Virus record (IMG/VR): IMGVR_UViG_3300025687_005582 | Span: 24,267-88,266 of that record | Length of the DNA stretch: 64,000 bases | Reading direction: 5' to 3' (one strand) | Origin: a virus | Part shown: positions 8,937 through 18,899 of the stretch, in pieces | How positions within the stretch are numbered: the first letter of the stretch is position 1 | Layout: each line of letters begins with the position of its first letter | Made by a program: the position numbers and the translations under genes | Notes under the pieces: generated by a model | Told to the model about the DNA's origin: nothing | What the model saw: the letters and a program-made list of their open reading frames with translations, nothing else | Database searches by the model: none

Positions 8937-11900
8937 ATGGCTTCAATCACCACTAAGAAATACTTAAGCAAATCTTTCAATACTCCGTTTTATGATAAAA
9001 ATAGCGGAACATATAAGGTAAAAATCAAAGTAAGCAGCAACGCTTTAGCTGGCGGTGTTGGATCTCAATTTGGTCTGCTATCAATCAAAGAACAGGGAGC
9101 GAGGGCGTTTGTTTCATCATATCTTCCAGAGTTCTACTCGTATTTGTTTGATGAAGAGTATTTTCAAGAACAAGCAAATGGTGATTTAGATCTAGCAGAA
9201 TCCTTGATAGAAGAGATAGTAAACTCGGTTCAGTTAGAGACTTCTTATCAAACTTCGCCACCATCGGCTATGTCGATTGTGATTGTTAGGACGCTTTATA
9301 ACTTTGATGATAAAAGAGAGGAGCTACTAAGTGAAGGCAATATGCCTGATTTTGAGCCGAACCTTACTTTCTTCAATCAGCGCCTTGGTATCGAAGGCGA
9401 GATATCTGAAACAACCTTAACCGTAGGTACTCTTGGAGAGCAGAACAATCTATTGAACAATGGCCTTAGAATGTTCGATACCCAATATGCAGGCTTTGAG
9501 GGGCAGATAAATCTTAATGTCGCGTTTGGTCCCCTACAAATACAAGCTACTAAGACTCTCAATAAGCTTGTAACGCTTCTATCAGAGCAGTTGAAAACGC
9601 AAGTTCCAAGTTATGATTTCTCGGAAGCAGATACTATTACCCTTATTTTTGGTAAAAAGAATGGGAAACTTGCTATATCTAGAATAGATTACCTTCTGAT
9701 CGAAGAGTCGATTCAAAGCCAGCCACTTAAAGTTGGTTATTTCCCTATCATTGAAAACAGCAACCTATTGAATGATCCAATGACTTTGGCTGTTCTGAGA
9801 AACTACCAAAGTCTTTTGACTTCTATTCAAGATACGATTGATACAAATAGCCCTTATTCTTTTTATGACTTCCTAAACGACGACGCGGTCAAAGATTCGT
9901 TAGGTTTCGATGGAAGCATAATCGAGAACTTCCAGATCCAGCCCAAAAAAGATATGACCAATGAGCTTCTAAGGGTTGCTAACGATTATGGTCTGATAGA
10001 TGTGAATAATGTTGATGACTTAGAGAAAGGCTTTAAAGATTACTTTACGTCGGAAGAATACAAGAAACTTAAAAAAGAAGTTGCTGATAATCCCGAGGTT
10101 TTCAAGAGAGTCGCCGCTGCACAAACAGTCAAGGCTTTGAATACAGCCGCACAAGTTTCAGAAGTAATCGGAGATGTCTTAGATCAAGGTCCTTTGGGAC
10201 TGATAGAAAGAGCAAACCCAAAGGTTGCTTACATCATGCGACAGTTTGGTATTGACGAAATAGCGAGAGAAGCATTTATGTGCCTGACTTTTGGAGCATC
10301 TGTTGAGGCCGGAAGAATCAATAAAGCTGTTAGAAATGCATTAGTTAGAGCTGGATCTTCAGTTTATTATCCGCCTGATGTTCCGAAAGAAGCTCCGATC
10401 AGTTTGCCGGAGGTTGATTTCACTCAGTTCCAGATCTTCACAGTCTCTGGCGAACTTTGGAAAGAGATAGAAAAGGTAATCGTTGATACGGTTCAACAAA
10501 CTGTTTTGGAAGTCATCAAAACATTAGCTGATTTATTGAGAGAAAACTGTGCCCTAACAACACCTAGGTCTAGTGACTATGGCGAAAATGATTTAACAGA
10601 TTTTATTGAAGATAATCCAAATCCCGGTACTTCCCTGTTACCAACAGTTGGCGCGGGATCTCAACTTGACCAACTATCCGGAAAGAATGGGCTTACGAAT
10701 CAACAAATATTAGATTACTTATCTGCTTTGTCTTCAATATTAAGTTCTATTGATATTTGTATTCTTCTGTTAAACAGAGATGATGCTTCCGACGAGTTGA
10801 TGGATAGAATATTGGAGTTCAATCAGAACTACAACGACGAGGCTGTTGCTAGAAGATTAAGCTCTAGAACAGACATATTGGGATTCTTTGAGGACCTATC
10901 AGGCGTTGTAGATGTTACAAACCTTTGCAATGAGATCGCCAATGAACTTTATGAGACCAATCAAGATAATGTTTGCTTGGATGAGGGTATCTTCGATGAT
11001 GAGAACGTTCAAGAGCTTTTAGATTTGATTGAGAACGGCTTACAGGTCACCCCTCCAAACTTTAACTTGGATTGTCCTGATAGTGAGTTTTTAGATCCTA
11101 CAATAACTAAATCTATTCCGGAGACTTTCAACACCTTAGCGGAAATAGTTCAGTTGCAGTTTATTGCATCTGGCGACTCTGTAAAGGAAATAATGCTTGA
11201 ACCCGTTCAGAAAAATCAATCAAGAGTTCTGGACGATATACGACAAGTAAACACTGGTTCTATTGGCGATCCGATAGATCCTGCATTCTTGGCGACTATT
11301 GTTGGCGTTTTGCAGCAAATGCAGAATGGGTTCAGTGATCTAGATGAGCAGTTACAACAATGCGATGTGGATCTATCAAGATTTTTGGGAACCGATCAGG
11401 CAGCAACTGCCGAGACAATCACGACTATTGCTCTTGCTTTATCAAGCTCTATCGCAGACCCTAACTTTAAGGATGCGATACAAAATATTATCAATAACGT
11501 TGATAATCTAGCAAATCCAGAGAATGCCTCAAATCCAGTATTCACGGCGTATGATTTTAATCAAAACTTTTTGAATGCGTTTAGGGATTACATAATCCCT
11601 GATTCATTTGGATTTGATCCACAATCTTTATCGACTGTAACCGAAAACTTTTATAGCTCATTTGTTTTAACAGGAGCGGTCGATGAATATAGAGATCTTG
11701 AATTGCTATTCAAGTTTGATAACGAGTTCACGCCAATATCCATAACAACATTGGATGAAAATATACCGGTGACTGTAATGTCCACGGGTTCAGATCCAAA
11801 TAATCCATTCACCATAAACCTTACAGATGAGGAAGTTATTGCGGGACAGGCTCTCAATCCGGATTTAGGAACTGGTATAGAAGACATAGGAAGAATACCA

Positions 11901-13637
11901 AACAGCCTTTCGCTAACTTACCCTACCAGAGGTGGCTATACAGACCCACAGTTAAACATTGATTTCAACTTAGATCGATTTTTCCGCAACAATGCAGAGG
12001 ATGAAATAATAGGTGGAGAAAAATCTCCAACCGTTGGGGAATGGAACCTCAATAACCTGCTGCCGGAAAGCATATCTACAGGCATAGCTGAAACAGCAAA
12101 TGTATTTGTAAACAAGTTTGCAGTAGCTATTTTAGATAATCTAAATGCCGAAACAGCTCAAGAAGAGCTAGAAGTTTACTACAGCGATTTCCCAAGAGTT
12201 TACGGGCAGTTAGTTGAAAATGCTTTTGAATATGTTCTAAAAAATGGAGTATTTGATGCTGCGACTTTGCAGTCATTAAACTTCTTTACACAAACAGAAA
12301 ACTGCCCACCAAGCGAACTTGGCGACTTCCTTGATATCCAGGGTATTATAAACCAAATGATTGAGGAGTATAAAGAGTCTGCCTGCAGCGGTGAAGATAT
12401 TCCTTTGAGTTCAAAGATAAGAAACGTAATCAAGTTTGGTATGTATTTGCTTTTGGTTCAGATACATATTGCTGAGGTTATTATTAAAAATATCTTTGTT
12501 ATGTCGGCTTATAACCTTGATAGCATTCTTGATAGAAACAGTTTTGTATTCACGTTCATTAGAGGGCAAATCCTTCAGTCTCTCTTGTTCTATTTTGATG
12601 CCATTGAGCCATCGGCTGAGAACAGAATACGAATGGATCTAACATCTTATTTCAACCTCAAAGCACGCCGCTCTGTTGTAGCCCAGAGAGGTGGCATTTT
12701 ATACCTTGATGGAACAGTGGCCATCCCAGCAGGCACACAGTTCTCAATAACAGATGAAGACACTTTCTTTGGCTTTGATGAAATTTTAGATTTCTTGATC
12801 TCGGATAGAATCGATAGAAGCCGTCAAGCAATCAACAATGCTTTGCGTAAAGCGCTTCCAAACACGAATCAGCTATCTTTCAACGAATCTATGTTGAGGA
12901 CACTACCGGGTATTACAGTTCAAAATGACGAGCCGTCTGCAATATCAAATGTTATATCACAATTGACGCCATCATCATTAAGGCTTTTGAATATTCCGGA
13001 AGTTGGGTTGATAATGACGATGAAGCTTTCCGGAGAGAACGCAGCTGCCGCTACCTCGGAGCAATACGAGAACCTGTTGACTTCGGATAGAGAACAGCAA
13101 AACTTGGACCCGCTACCAGTCAGCGAGTCAGATTTCACACAAGGTACAGTACCATTCGTAGCCTTGACCGCCGCGCAAAGAAGATATCTTAATGGTACAG
13201 TAACAACCAATACGGAAACAAATAGAATATTTGTTCATGTTACTTTGGGCGCCGGCGTTATGGGTGATGAGTTCCAAGCTTTGAACACTGCTAGGGCTGA
13301 GATAAGTAATGCTTATCCAAATGCTTTTCTAACTGAAGCAGTACCAGTGATCATTATTTCATCCCCAGGTGTTGGACTACGATACGGTTGGCAAGTCAAG
13401 GGAACATTGGATACAACTCAACAACAAGATACAGAAGATTCTTTTTCTACAATCACCCAACAAGAAGAAGATGTAACTGGTCGTCGTTACTTCAAGCTTT
13501 GGGTCAAGAAAGGCCAGGATGTCTATCTCTTGTTAGATCTAGGCTATAGAAATGAAGGGATCCCTCCGATCACCTCTGATGACGCGCAGGGACTTGGTGG
13601 TATGCCTATAGGTGGTCTACCGACAATACCGTCATAG
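8937..13637 (+). CDS. Large hypothetical virion/baseplate protein (1566 aa)
   Basis: Long acidic ORF inside the baseplate module; no recognised motif. Confidence 0.6.
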   Translation: MASITTKKYLSKSFNTPFYDKNSGTYKVKIKVSSNALAGGVGSQFGLLSIKEQGARAFVSSYLPEFYSYLFDEEYFQEQANGDLDLAESLIEEIVNSVQLETSYQTSPPSAMSIVIVRTLYNFDDKREELLSEGNMPDFEPNLTFFNQRLGIEGEISETTLTVGTLGEQNNLLNNGLRMFDTQYAGFEGQINLNVAFGPLQIQATKTLNKLVTLLSEQLKTQVPSYDFSEADTITLIFGKKNGKLAISRIDYLLIEESIQSQPLKVGYFPIIENSNLLNDPMTLAVLRNYQSLLTSIQDTIDTNSPYSFYDFLNDDAVKDSLGFDGSIIENFQIQPKKDMTNELLRVANDYGLIDVNNVDDLEKGFKDYFTSEEYKKLKKEVADNPEVFKRVAAAQTVKALNTAAQVSEVIGDVLDQGPLGLIERANPKVAYIMRQFGIDEIAREAFMCLTFGASVEAGRINKAVRNALVRAGSSVYYPPDVPKEAPISLPEVDFTQFQIFTVSGELWKEIEKVIVDTVQQTVLEVIKTLADLLRENCALTTPRSSDYGENDLTDFIEDNPNPGTSLLPTVGAGSQLDQLSGKNGLTNQQILDYLSALSSILSSIDICILLLNRDDASDELMDRILEFNQNYNDEAVARRLSSRTDILGFFEDLSGVVDVTNLCNEIANELYETNQDNVCLDEGIFDDENVQELLDLIENGLQVTPPNFNLDCPDSEFLDPTITKSIPETFNTLAEIVQLQFIASGDSVKEIMLEPVQKNQSRVLDDIRQVNTGSIGDPIDPAFLATIVGVLQQMQNGFSDLDEQLQQCDVDLSRFLGTDQAATAETITTIALALSSSIADPNFKDAIQNIINNVDNLANPENASNPVFTAYDFNQNFLNAFRDYIIPDSFGFDPQSLSTVTENFYSSFVLTGAVDEYRDLELLFKFDNEFTPISITTLDENIPVTVMSTGSDPNNPFTINLTDEEVIAGQALNPDLGTGIEDIGRIPNSLSLTYPTRGGYTDPQLNIDFNLDRFFRNNAEDEIIGGEKSPTVGEWNLNNLLPESISTGIAETANVFVNKFAVAILDNLNAETAQEELEVYYSDFPRVYGQLVENAFEYVLKNGVFDAATLQSLNFFTQTENCPPSELGDFLDIQGIINQMIEEYKESACSGEDIPLSSKIRNVIKFGMYLLLVQIHIAEVIIKNIFVMSAYNLDSILDRNSFVFTFIRGQILQSLLFYFDAIEPSAENRIRMDLTSYFNLKARRSVVAQRGGILYLDGTVAIPAGTQFSITDEDTFFGFDEILDFLISDRIDRSRQAINNALRKALPNTNQLSFNESMLRTLPGITVQNDEPSAISNVISQLTPSSLRLLNIPEVGLIMTMKLSGENAAAATSEQYENLLTSDREQQNLDPLPVSESDFTQGTVPFVALTAAQRRYLNGTVTTNTETNRIFVHVTLGAGVMGDEFQALNTARAEISNAYPNAFLTEAVPVIIISSPGVGLRYGWQVKGTLDTTQQQDTEDSFSTITQQEEDVTGRRYFKLWVKKGQDVYLLLDLGYRNEGIPPITSDDAQGLGGMPIGGLPTIPS

Positions 13638-13647
13638 GAAAGCTATT

Positions 13648-15153
13648 ATGTCATATTTTATTGGAAATACTCCTGCTGAAAAGAATCTTGCTAACGCACT
13701 CATTGACGAACTTCACGATGAGTTTGGCTTACCGTTATCTGATAGTAGTAATGGTGGTCCGGGGTTTGCGTATCAGCCTGACACGGACTCCGGTGTAGTT
13801 GGTGAGTTGGGCGATGCTGATTCGACTAAGAGAGCAGAGTGGAAAGCTCTTTTAGAAGAAGCAAATACCACTATACAAAGAGCGGCCAATATGTATAGTA
13901 ACACTCCAGAAGATTTTAAACAGCAGATTTTTCCCGAGTTTGGTATCGAGTATTGGGATACATCGCTGAACTTTGCAACCACTGATTTAGCGCAGTTCGA
14001 CTCTTTTACACGCCCCAATGCAGAAAGATTTTTTTGGAGCGAGCTAGAGGGCCCCGATACCTACACAGTTAGAAACTTGATTCTAATATATCAAGCTCTT
14101 ATGGGTGACGGTGGATACAACCCGTTTCCGGCCCCACGGAACAGCGCTCTAGATGGCTCTTTAGGCCGCTGGGATCAGATTCGTGTTAACGAGTTGCTAT
14201 TTGTAGTGAATCGAGAGTTGGACCTAAGACAAGAAGCTGTCTCAGAAGCTGTAGCAACTCAAGAGTATATTTTAGATTCTATCGGTATCGACTACGAAGC
14301 AGATGATATCAACTTTATAATGAACAACGATGACTTCACCAGATTCTTCTCGACAACATTTGATTCTGATACGATCTCTTTAATACCGCTTATTTACAAC
14401 TTCTATCTTTCTTCAAAGTATTTCCAAGGAATCAACGAAGCTTTCCGGACACCAAAAGACAGAGTTTTAAGCATAATCTTGTCTACCATAGCGAACGATA
14501 ATAACTTTGATTCAACTCCAGATCTCTCAAGACCAGCAGCAAATAACGCTATAGCAAGTTCTACCGGTCAAGATCAGAACGCAGCTTTCAACTCTGCCGC
14601 AAGAGATTTTATTCTTAAGATGCTTATCAAGACCCCAATCGATATTCTAAAGGGTGTTGTAGAGCTCGCAGACCCACACGTTGCGATTTCAAAGGGCATC
14701 AAGATAGGAACTGGCTTTGCTTTTAATGAGTTAGCTAAGGTCATTGACGAGAGTGGTGTCGCACAGGAACTAAATACAGCATTGGCTGAGGGGTCACAAG
14801 GAAATCTCAATCCATCGTTTAATGGAGAAGATTTAACAAAACTATTATTGTGCCTTGGTGATTTTGCTATGCAAGAAGGTCTTGCTGCGACATTAGACGC
14901 ATCACAGCCTCCAAATAACGATGGACAGCCGCCAGTTCCAGAGAACTTCTTTCCCAGAGTATCTATTGATGGTATTGACTTCACGGGAACTGTCTCTGGA
15001 ATGCTTATGATGCCTCCGAGCCCACTTGGTATCATTTATTTATTATTAGAACTACTTAAAAGTGATATTACGAATCAAACGAATAATGTCTCAAACGCTA
15101 GTGCTGAAAACGCCAATGCAAACGAGTGTAGTGACACACCGGAGGAAGGATAA
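13648..15153 (+). CDS. Hypothetical virion protein
   Basis: ATG at 13648 with AGGA SD preferred over the 13612 track start; baseplate context. Confidence 0.6.
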   Translation: MSYFIGNTPAEKNLANALIDELHDEFGLPLSDSSNGGPGFAYQPDTDSGVVGELGDADSTKRAEWKALLEEANTTIQRAANMYSNTPEDFKQQIFPEFGIEYWDTSLNFATTDLAQFDSFTRPNAERFFWSELEGPDTYTVRNLILIYQALMGDGGYNPFPAPRNSALDGSLGRWDQIRVNELLFVVNRELDLRQEAVSEAVATQEYILDSIGIDYEADDINFIMNNDDFTRFFSTTFDSDTISLIPLIYNFYLSSKYFQGINEAFRTPKDRVLSIILSTIANDNNFDSTPDLSRPAANNAIASSTGQDQNAAFNSAARDFILKMLIKTPIDILKGVVELADPHVAISKGIKIGTGFAFNELAKVIDESGVAQELNTALAEGSQGNLNPSFNGEDLTKLLLCLGDFAMQEGLAATLDASQPPNNDGQPPVPENFFPRVSIDGIDFTGTVSGMLMMPPSPLGIIYLLLELLKSDITNQTNNVSNASAENANANECSDTPEEG

Positions 15154-15552
15154 ATGGCATCTGGATTATCTCCAAAGTTACCATTAACAGTAAGCGAGGT
15201 ATTCGGTCCTTACAACTTAAATGTTACTTTTGAAGAGTTAGCAAAGCAAAATCTTAAAATGCTTATTTTAACTATTCCGGGCGAAAGAATCATGGATCCA
15301 AACTTTGGTGTGGGATTAAGAAGGTACTTATTTGAGTTCAATGGCTCCAATACTTACTCTCTTATAGAGTCAAAGATCCGCGAACAGGTTGGAAGATACT
15401 TAAGTTACATCCAGATAGACAATATTCAGTTTCAAATACCAGAAGGAAATCCAGACCTTTACCCTCATAACCTTTCGGTAGCTATATCTTTCACAATATT
15501 ACCACTTCAGCAGTCAACATCTTTGCAAATTGATGTTGATCAACCTATTTAG
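15154..15552 (+). CDS. gp25: Baseplate wedge subunit (T4 gp25-like)
   Basis: 'KQNLKMLILTIPGERIMDPNFGVGLRRYLFE' is the GPW/gp25 signature. Confidence 0.92.
   Translation: MASGLSPKLPLTVSEVFGPYNLNVTFEELAKQNLKMLILTIPGERIMDPNFGVGLRRYLFEFNGSNTYSLIESKIREQVGRYLSYIQIDNIQFQIPEGNPDLYPHNLSVAISFTILPLQQSTSLQIDVDQPI
15545..15551 (+). promoter_or_regulatory. CTATTTA putative late promoter (gp6)
   Basis: Recurring motif, 12 nt before the ATG. Confidence 0.45.
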
Positions 15553-15563
15553 AGAAGCATATT

Positions 15564-17363
15564 ATGGCCAAAAAACTACAACCTATCGATTACACAAGCC
15601 GCGACTTCGACTCTATTCGTAGAGACCTAGAAAACTACGCGAAGAGATACTACCCGGATACATACAAAGATTTCAACCAAGCCTCTTTTGGCTCTTTGAT
15701 GCTGGATACAGTTGCCTACATCGGTGATATTTTATCCTTTTACCTTGATTATCAAACAAATGAATCGTTTTTAGAGTCTTCTATCGAGTACAATAACGTT
15801 GTTCGTCTTGCAAGACAGATGGGTTTCAAGCTAAACACGAGCCCTTCTTCCTACGGGTTGTTGACATTTTATATTCAGGTTCCATCGGATGCCAACACAG
15901 CTGGTCCTAACCTAGAATACGCGCCAGTTCTGCGCGCAGGATCTATCTTCTCTTCTACAGGAGGTGGTCTTTACACTCTCTTGGAAGACGTAGATTTTGC
16001 AGTATCCACAAATCAGGTTGTAGTTGGTACTGTTGACTCTACCACTGGTAACCCAACAAACTTTGTTATTAGGGCCCAAGGCCGAGCAGTATCTGGTAGA
16101 ACGCTTTTCAAAGAGTTGCAAGTAGGAAACTTCCAAAGATTCTTAAGAGTAGACTTAGAGAACAGTCGTGTTGCTGAGGTACTGAGTGTTTTGGATTCCG
16201 AAGGGCACGAATATGTAGAAGTAGATCACCTCTCACAAAATGTCGTGTATAAAGCAATTCGTAACACCAATACGTCCACTAACTCAACTGTAAGAAATAT
16301 CCTTAAAGCAGTCCCAGTTGCAAGAAGATTCACAGTTGAGCGCGAGGGAGATAGAACATATTTACAGTTTGGTTATGGCTCTGACTCTGAGTTACTATCT
16401 GATTCAGTCGCAGATCCTACGAATCTTGTTTTGGACTTGAATGGTCGCAACTACATTACGGATGCCGACTTCGATCCGACAAAATTAATCAGCACAGACA
16501 AGTTTGGTATTGCTCCGGCAAATACAACTTTAAGAATCGGATACAGAGTAAACCTAACTAACGATGTAAACGCTGCCGTAAACTCTATTACAGGAGTAGA
16601 CCGACCCCTATTCCGTTTTACCTCTCAGGGGTCACTATCACAGACACTTCGCAACACTGTTATCGGTTCCTTAGAGGTACTAAACGAAGAGCCATTTGTT
16701 GGTGATATATCTTTGCCTTCCTCGGAAGAGATTAAGCAAAGAGTATTTGGCTTCTACGCTACCCAGAATAGGGCAGTGACCATTCAGGATTATCAATCAA
16801 TCTGCTATGGAATGCCTGCAAAGTTCGGATCTGTTAAAAGAGCAGCGGTTGTTAGAGACTTTGATGAGTTCAAGAGAAACCTCAACATATATGTTATCTC
16901 AGAAGATACAAGCGGAAAATTGCTCACTGCAAACACAACTCTAAAGAACAACTTAAGAAGTTGGCTTTTACAGTATAAAGTAGTTAACGATACCATTGAT
17001 ATTTTAGATGCCGAAATCGTCAACTTCGGAATCAACTATGTTGTAGCTATTGATTTGAACACAAATAGATTCAATGTTATCAATCGAGCGAACGCAGCTT
17101 TGAGAGATTATCTTGTTAAAAATCAATATGATATCGGTGAGTCTATTCTTATAACAGACTTCTACAAAGTTCTACAAAAGGTAAACGGCATTATAGACGT
17201 TATAGATTTAGAAATCGTTGGTAAAACAGGTGCATCCTACGCAGATTCGTCATTTAGTTTTCAAGATAATCTTTCTGCCGATGGTAGAAGAATCGAAGGT
17301 CAAGAAAACGCAATCTTCGAACTTAAGTTCGCCAACGTGGATATCAAGGGAGCAATCCAGTAA
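15564..17363 (+). CDS. gp6: Baseplate wedge subunit (T4 gp6-like)
   Basis: 'DFDSIRRDL', 'NESFLESS..VVRLARQMG', 'LQFG', 'TQNRAVTIQDY'. Confidence 0.9.
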   Translation: MAKKLQPIDYTSRDFDSIRRDLENYAKRYYPDTYKDFNQASFGSLMLDTVAYIGDILSFYLDYQTNESFLESSIEYNNVVRLARQMGFKLNTSPSSYGLLTFYIQVPSDANTAGPNLEYAPVLRAGSIFSSTGGGLYTLLEDVDFAVSTNQVVVGTVDSTTGNPTNFVIRAQGRAVSGRTLFKELQVGNFQRFLRVDLENSRVAEVLSVLDSEGHEYVEVDHLSQNVVYKAIRNTNTSTNSTVRNILKAVPVARRFTVEREGDRTYLQFGYGSDSELLSDSVADPTNLVLDLNGRNYITDADFDPTKLISTDKFGIAPANTTLRIGYRVNLTNDVNAAVNSITGVDRPLFRFTSQGSLSQTLRNTVIGSLEVLNEEPFVGDISLPSSEEIKQRVFGFYATQNRAVTIQDYQSICYGMPAKFGSVKRAAVVRDFDEFKRNLNIYVISEDTSGKLLTANTTLKNNLRSWLLQYKVVNDTIDILDAEIVNFGINYVVAIDLNTNRFNVINRANAALRDYLVKNQYDIGESILITDFYKVLQKVNGIIDVIDLEIVGKTGASYADSSFSFQDNLSADGRRIEGQENAIFELKFANVDIKGAIQ

Positions 17364-18892
17364 TGGCTATTTTAAGATACACAGCTAGCGCTGATAATAC
17401 AATCACAAATGCTTTTGAGGCTAACTTGGTCACGAGAGGTACGGGCTCCAGCATGGGATACGCCGATTCTCTTGAGGTATTTTCCATTTATGGTCAGGAA
17501 TCAGGATCAAACGGACAATCTCAAGAGCTTTCTAGAATCCTTATTCAGTTTCCTGTAGATCGAATCTCATCTGATAGAACAGCCGGTACGATCCCAGCGT
17601 CAGGTTCTGTTTCTTTCTATCTTAAAATGTTCAATGCAGAACATCCTTTTACTCTTCCACAAGACTTTAATCTTGTCGTTGCTCCTATCTCACAGTCTTG
17701 GGTAGAGGGCACAGGTCTTGATATGGATGAATATCAGGACATTGGAACATCCAACTGGCTTAAGACAAACAACAGCACTTCATGGACAAATGTTGGTGGT
17801 GATTATCTGTCCGATGATAACTACAACGTTCGATTTGAGCAGGGATATGAAAATCTAGAGTTAGATGTTACCACTGTAGTAGAGAACTGGATTACTGGTG
17901 CTGTAGGTAATAAGTACAATAACTACGGTTTTGGTCTTCGGCTGACCGCTTCTCAGGAAGCTTACTTCTCCTCTTCCTTGGGGGTTGATTCTGGATCAGT
18001 AATCCAGAACACTGTCGGAGCAACACAGTCGTACTACACAAAGAAATTCTTTGCTCGCTCAAGTGAGTTCTTCTTTAAGCGTCCGGTAATCGAGGCTCGA
18101 TGGGATTCTCGCGTAATGGATGATAGAGAAAACTTTTACTTCTCTTCCTCTCGCGCACCAGCTGCTGATAACTTAAATACTCTATACTTTTACAACTATG
18201 TAAGAGGTCGCCTTCGCAACATCCCGGGTGTTGGAACAGGAAATATTTTGGTGTCTTTCTATTCCAGTTCGTTCGGAACGCCAGCTGGTTCTAAGATATC
18301 TTTACAGGGTGGTGGTAGCGTCGTCTCTACTGGCGATATAAACGCTACTGGAAGTTATGTGAGCCCGGGTATCTATTCTTGCACCGTCGCTCTTACAGCG
18401 GCTTCTACGCCTCTACAAGAGATTAATGATGTATGGCATTCTGGCGGTGTAGAGTTCTTTACTGGATCATTCTTCCCTGAAGCAATGCCGACATATGATA
18501 GCGCCCCAACGTTCACAAGAATCACATCTTGTAAGAATCTCAAGAAAAAGTATTCCAAACAAGACACAGCAAGATTTAGATTTTTTGTTCGCGACAGAAA
18601 CTGGAGCCCAACAATCTACACAGTTGCTACTGCTAACAATCCAACAGACATTATTGAGAGTGCATCTTATGGGATTTATCGAGTCATCGACAATCTTCCG
18701 GCTGTTCCGTATGGTACCGGTTCAGATTTTAGCACTTACTTATCTTACGATAAGGAAGGAAATTACTTTGATTTAGATATGTCACTTCTAGAGCCAGACT
18801 ATATGTATGAAATAAGATTGTCTTATTACAACGATAGTATTGGTGACTGGCAAGAACAACCTCAAACGTTCAAATTTAGAGTTGAAGAATAA
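17363..18892 (+). CDS. Virion structural protein (DNRLRE/DUF7594-like N-terminal beta domain)
   Basis: 'ADNTI...SRILIQF...W.EG.G...W...GGDY...LDVTTVVENW...NYGFGL' pattern; follows gp6. Confidence 0.6.
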   Translation: MAILRYTASADNTITNAFEANLVTRGTGSSMGYADSLEVFSIYGQESGSNGQSQELSRILIQFPVDRISSDRTAGTIPASGSVSFYLKMFNAEHPFTLPQDFNLVVAPISQSWVEGTGLDMDEYQDIGTSNWLKTNNSTSWTNVGGDYLSDDNYNVRFEQGYENLELDVTTVVENWITGAVGNKYNNYGFGLRLTASQEAYFSSSLGVDSGSVIQNTVGATQSYYTKKFFARSSEFFFKRPVIEARWDSRVMDDRENFYFSSSRAPAADNLNTLYFYNYVRGRLRNIPGVGTGNILVSFYSSSFGTPAGSKISLQGGGSVVSTGDINATGSYVSPGIYSCTVALTAASTPLQEINDVWHSGGVEFFTGSFFPEAMPTYDSAPTFTRITSCKNLKKKYSKQDTARFRFFVRDRNWSPTIYTVATANNPTDIIESASYGIYRVIDNLPAVPYGTGSDFSTYLSYDKEGNYFDLDMSLLEPDYMYEIRLSYYNDSIGDWQEQPQTFKFRVEE

Positions 18893-18899
18893 TTAAAGT

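Noticed and set aside
8937-13637. 1566-aa ORF as the tape measure protein
   Set aside because: It is acidic and lacks the Ala/Gly-rich helical periodicity expected of a tape measure protein; left as hypothetical.
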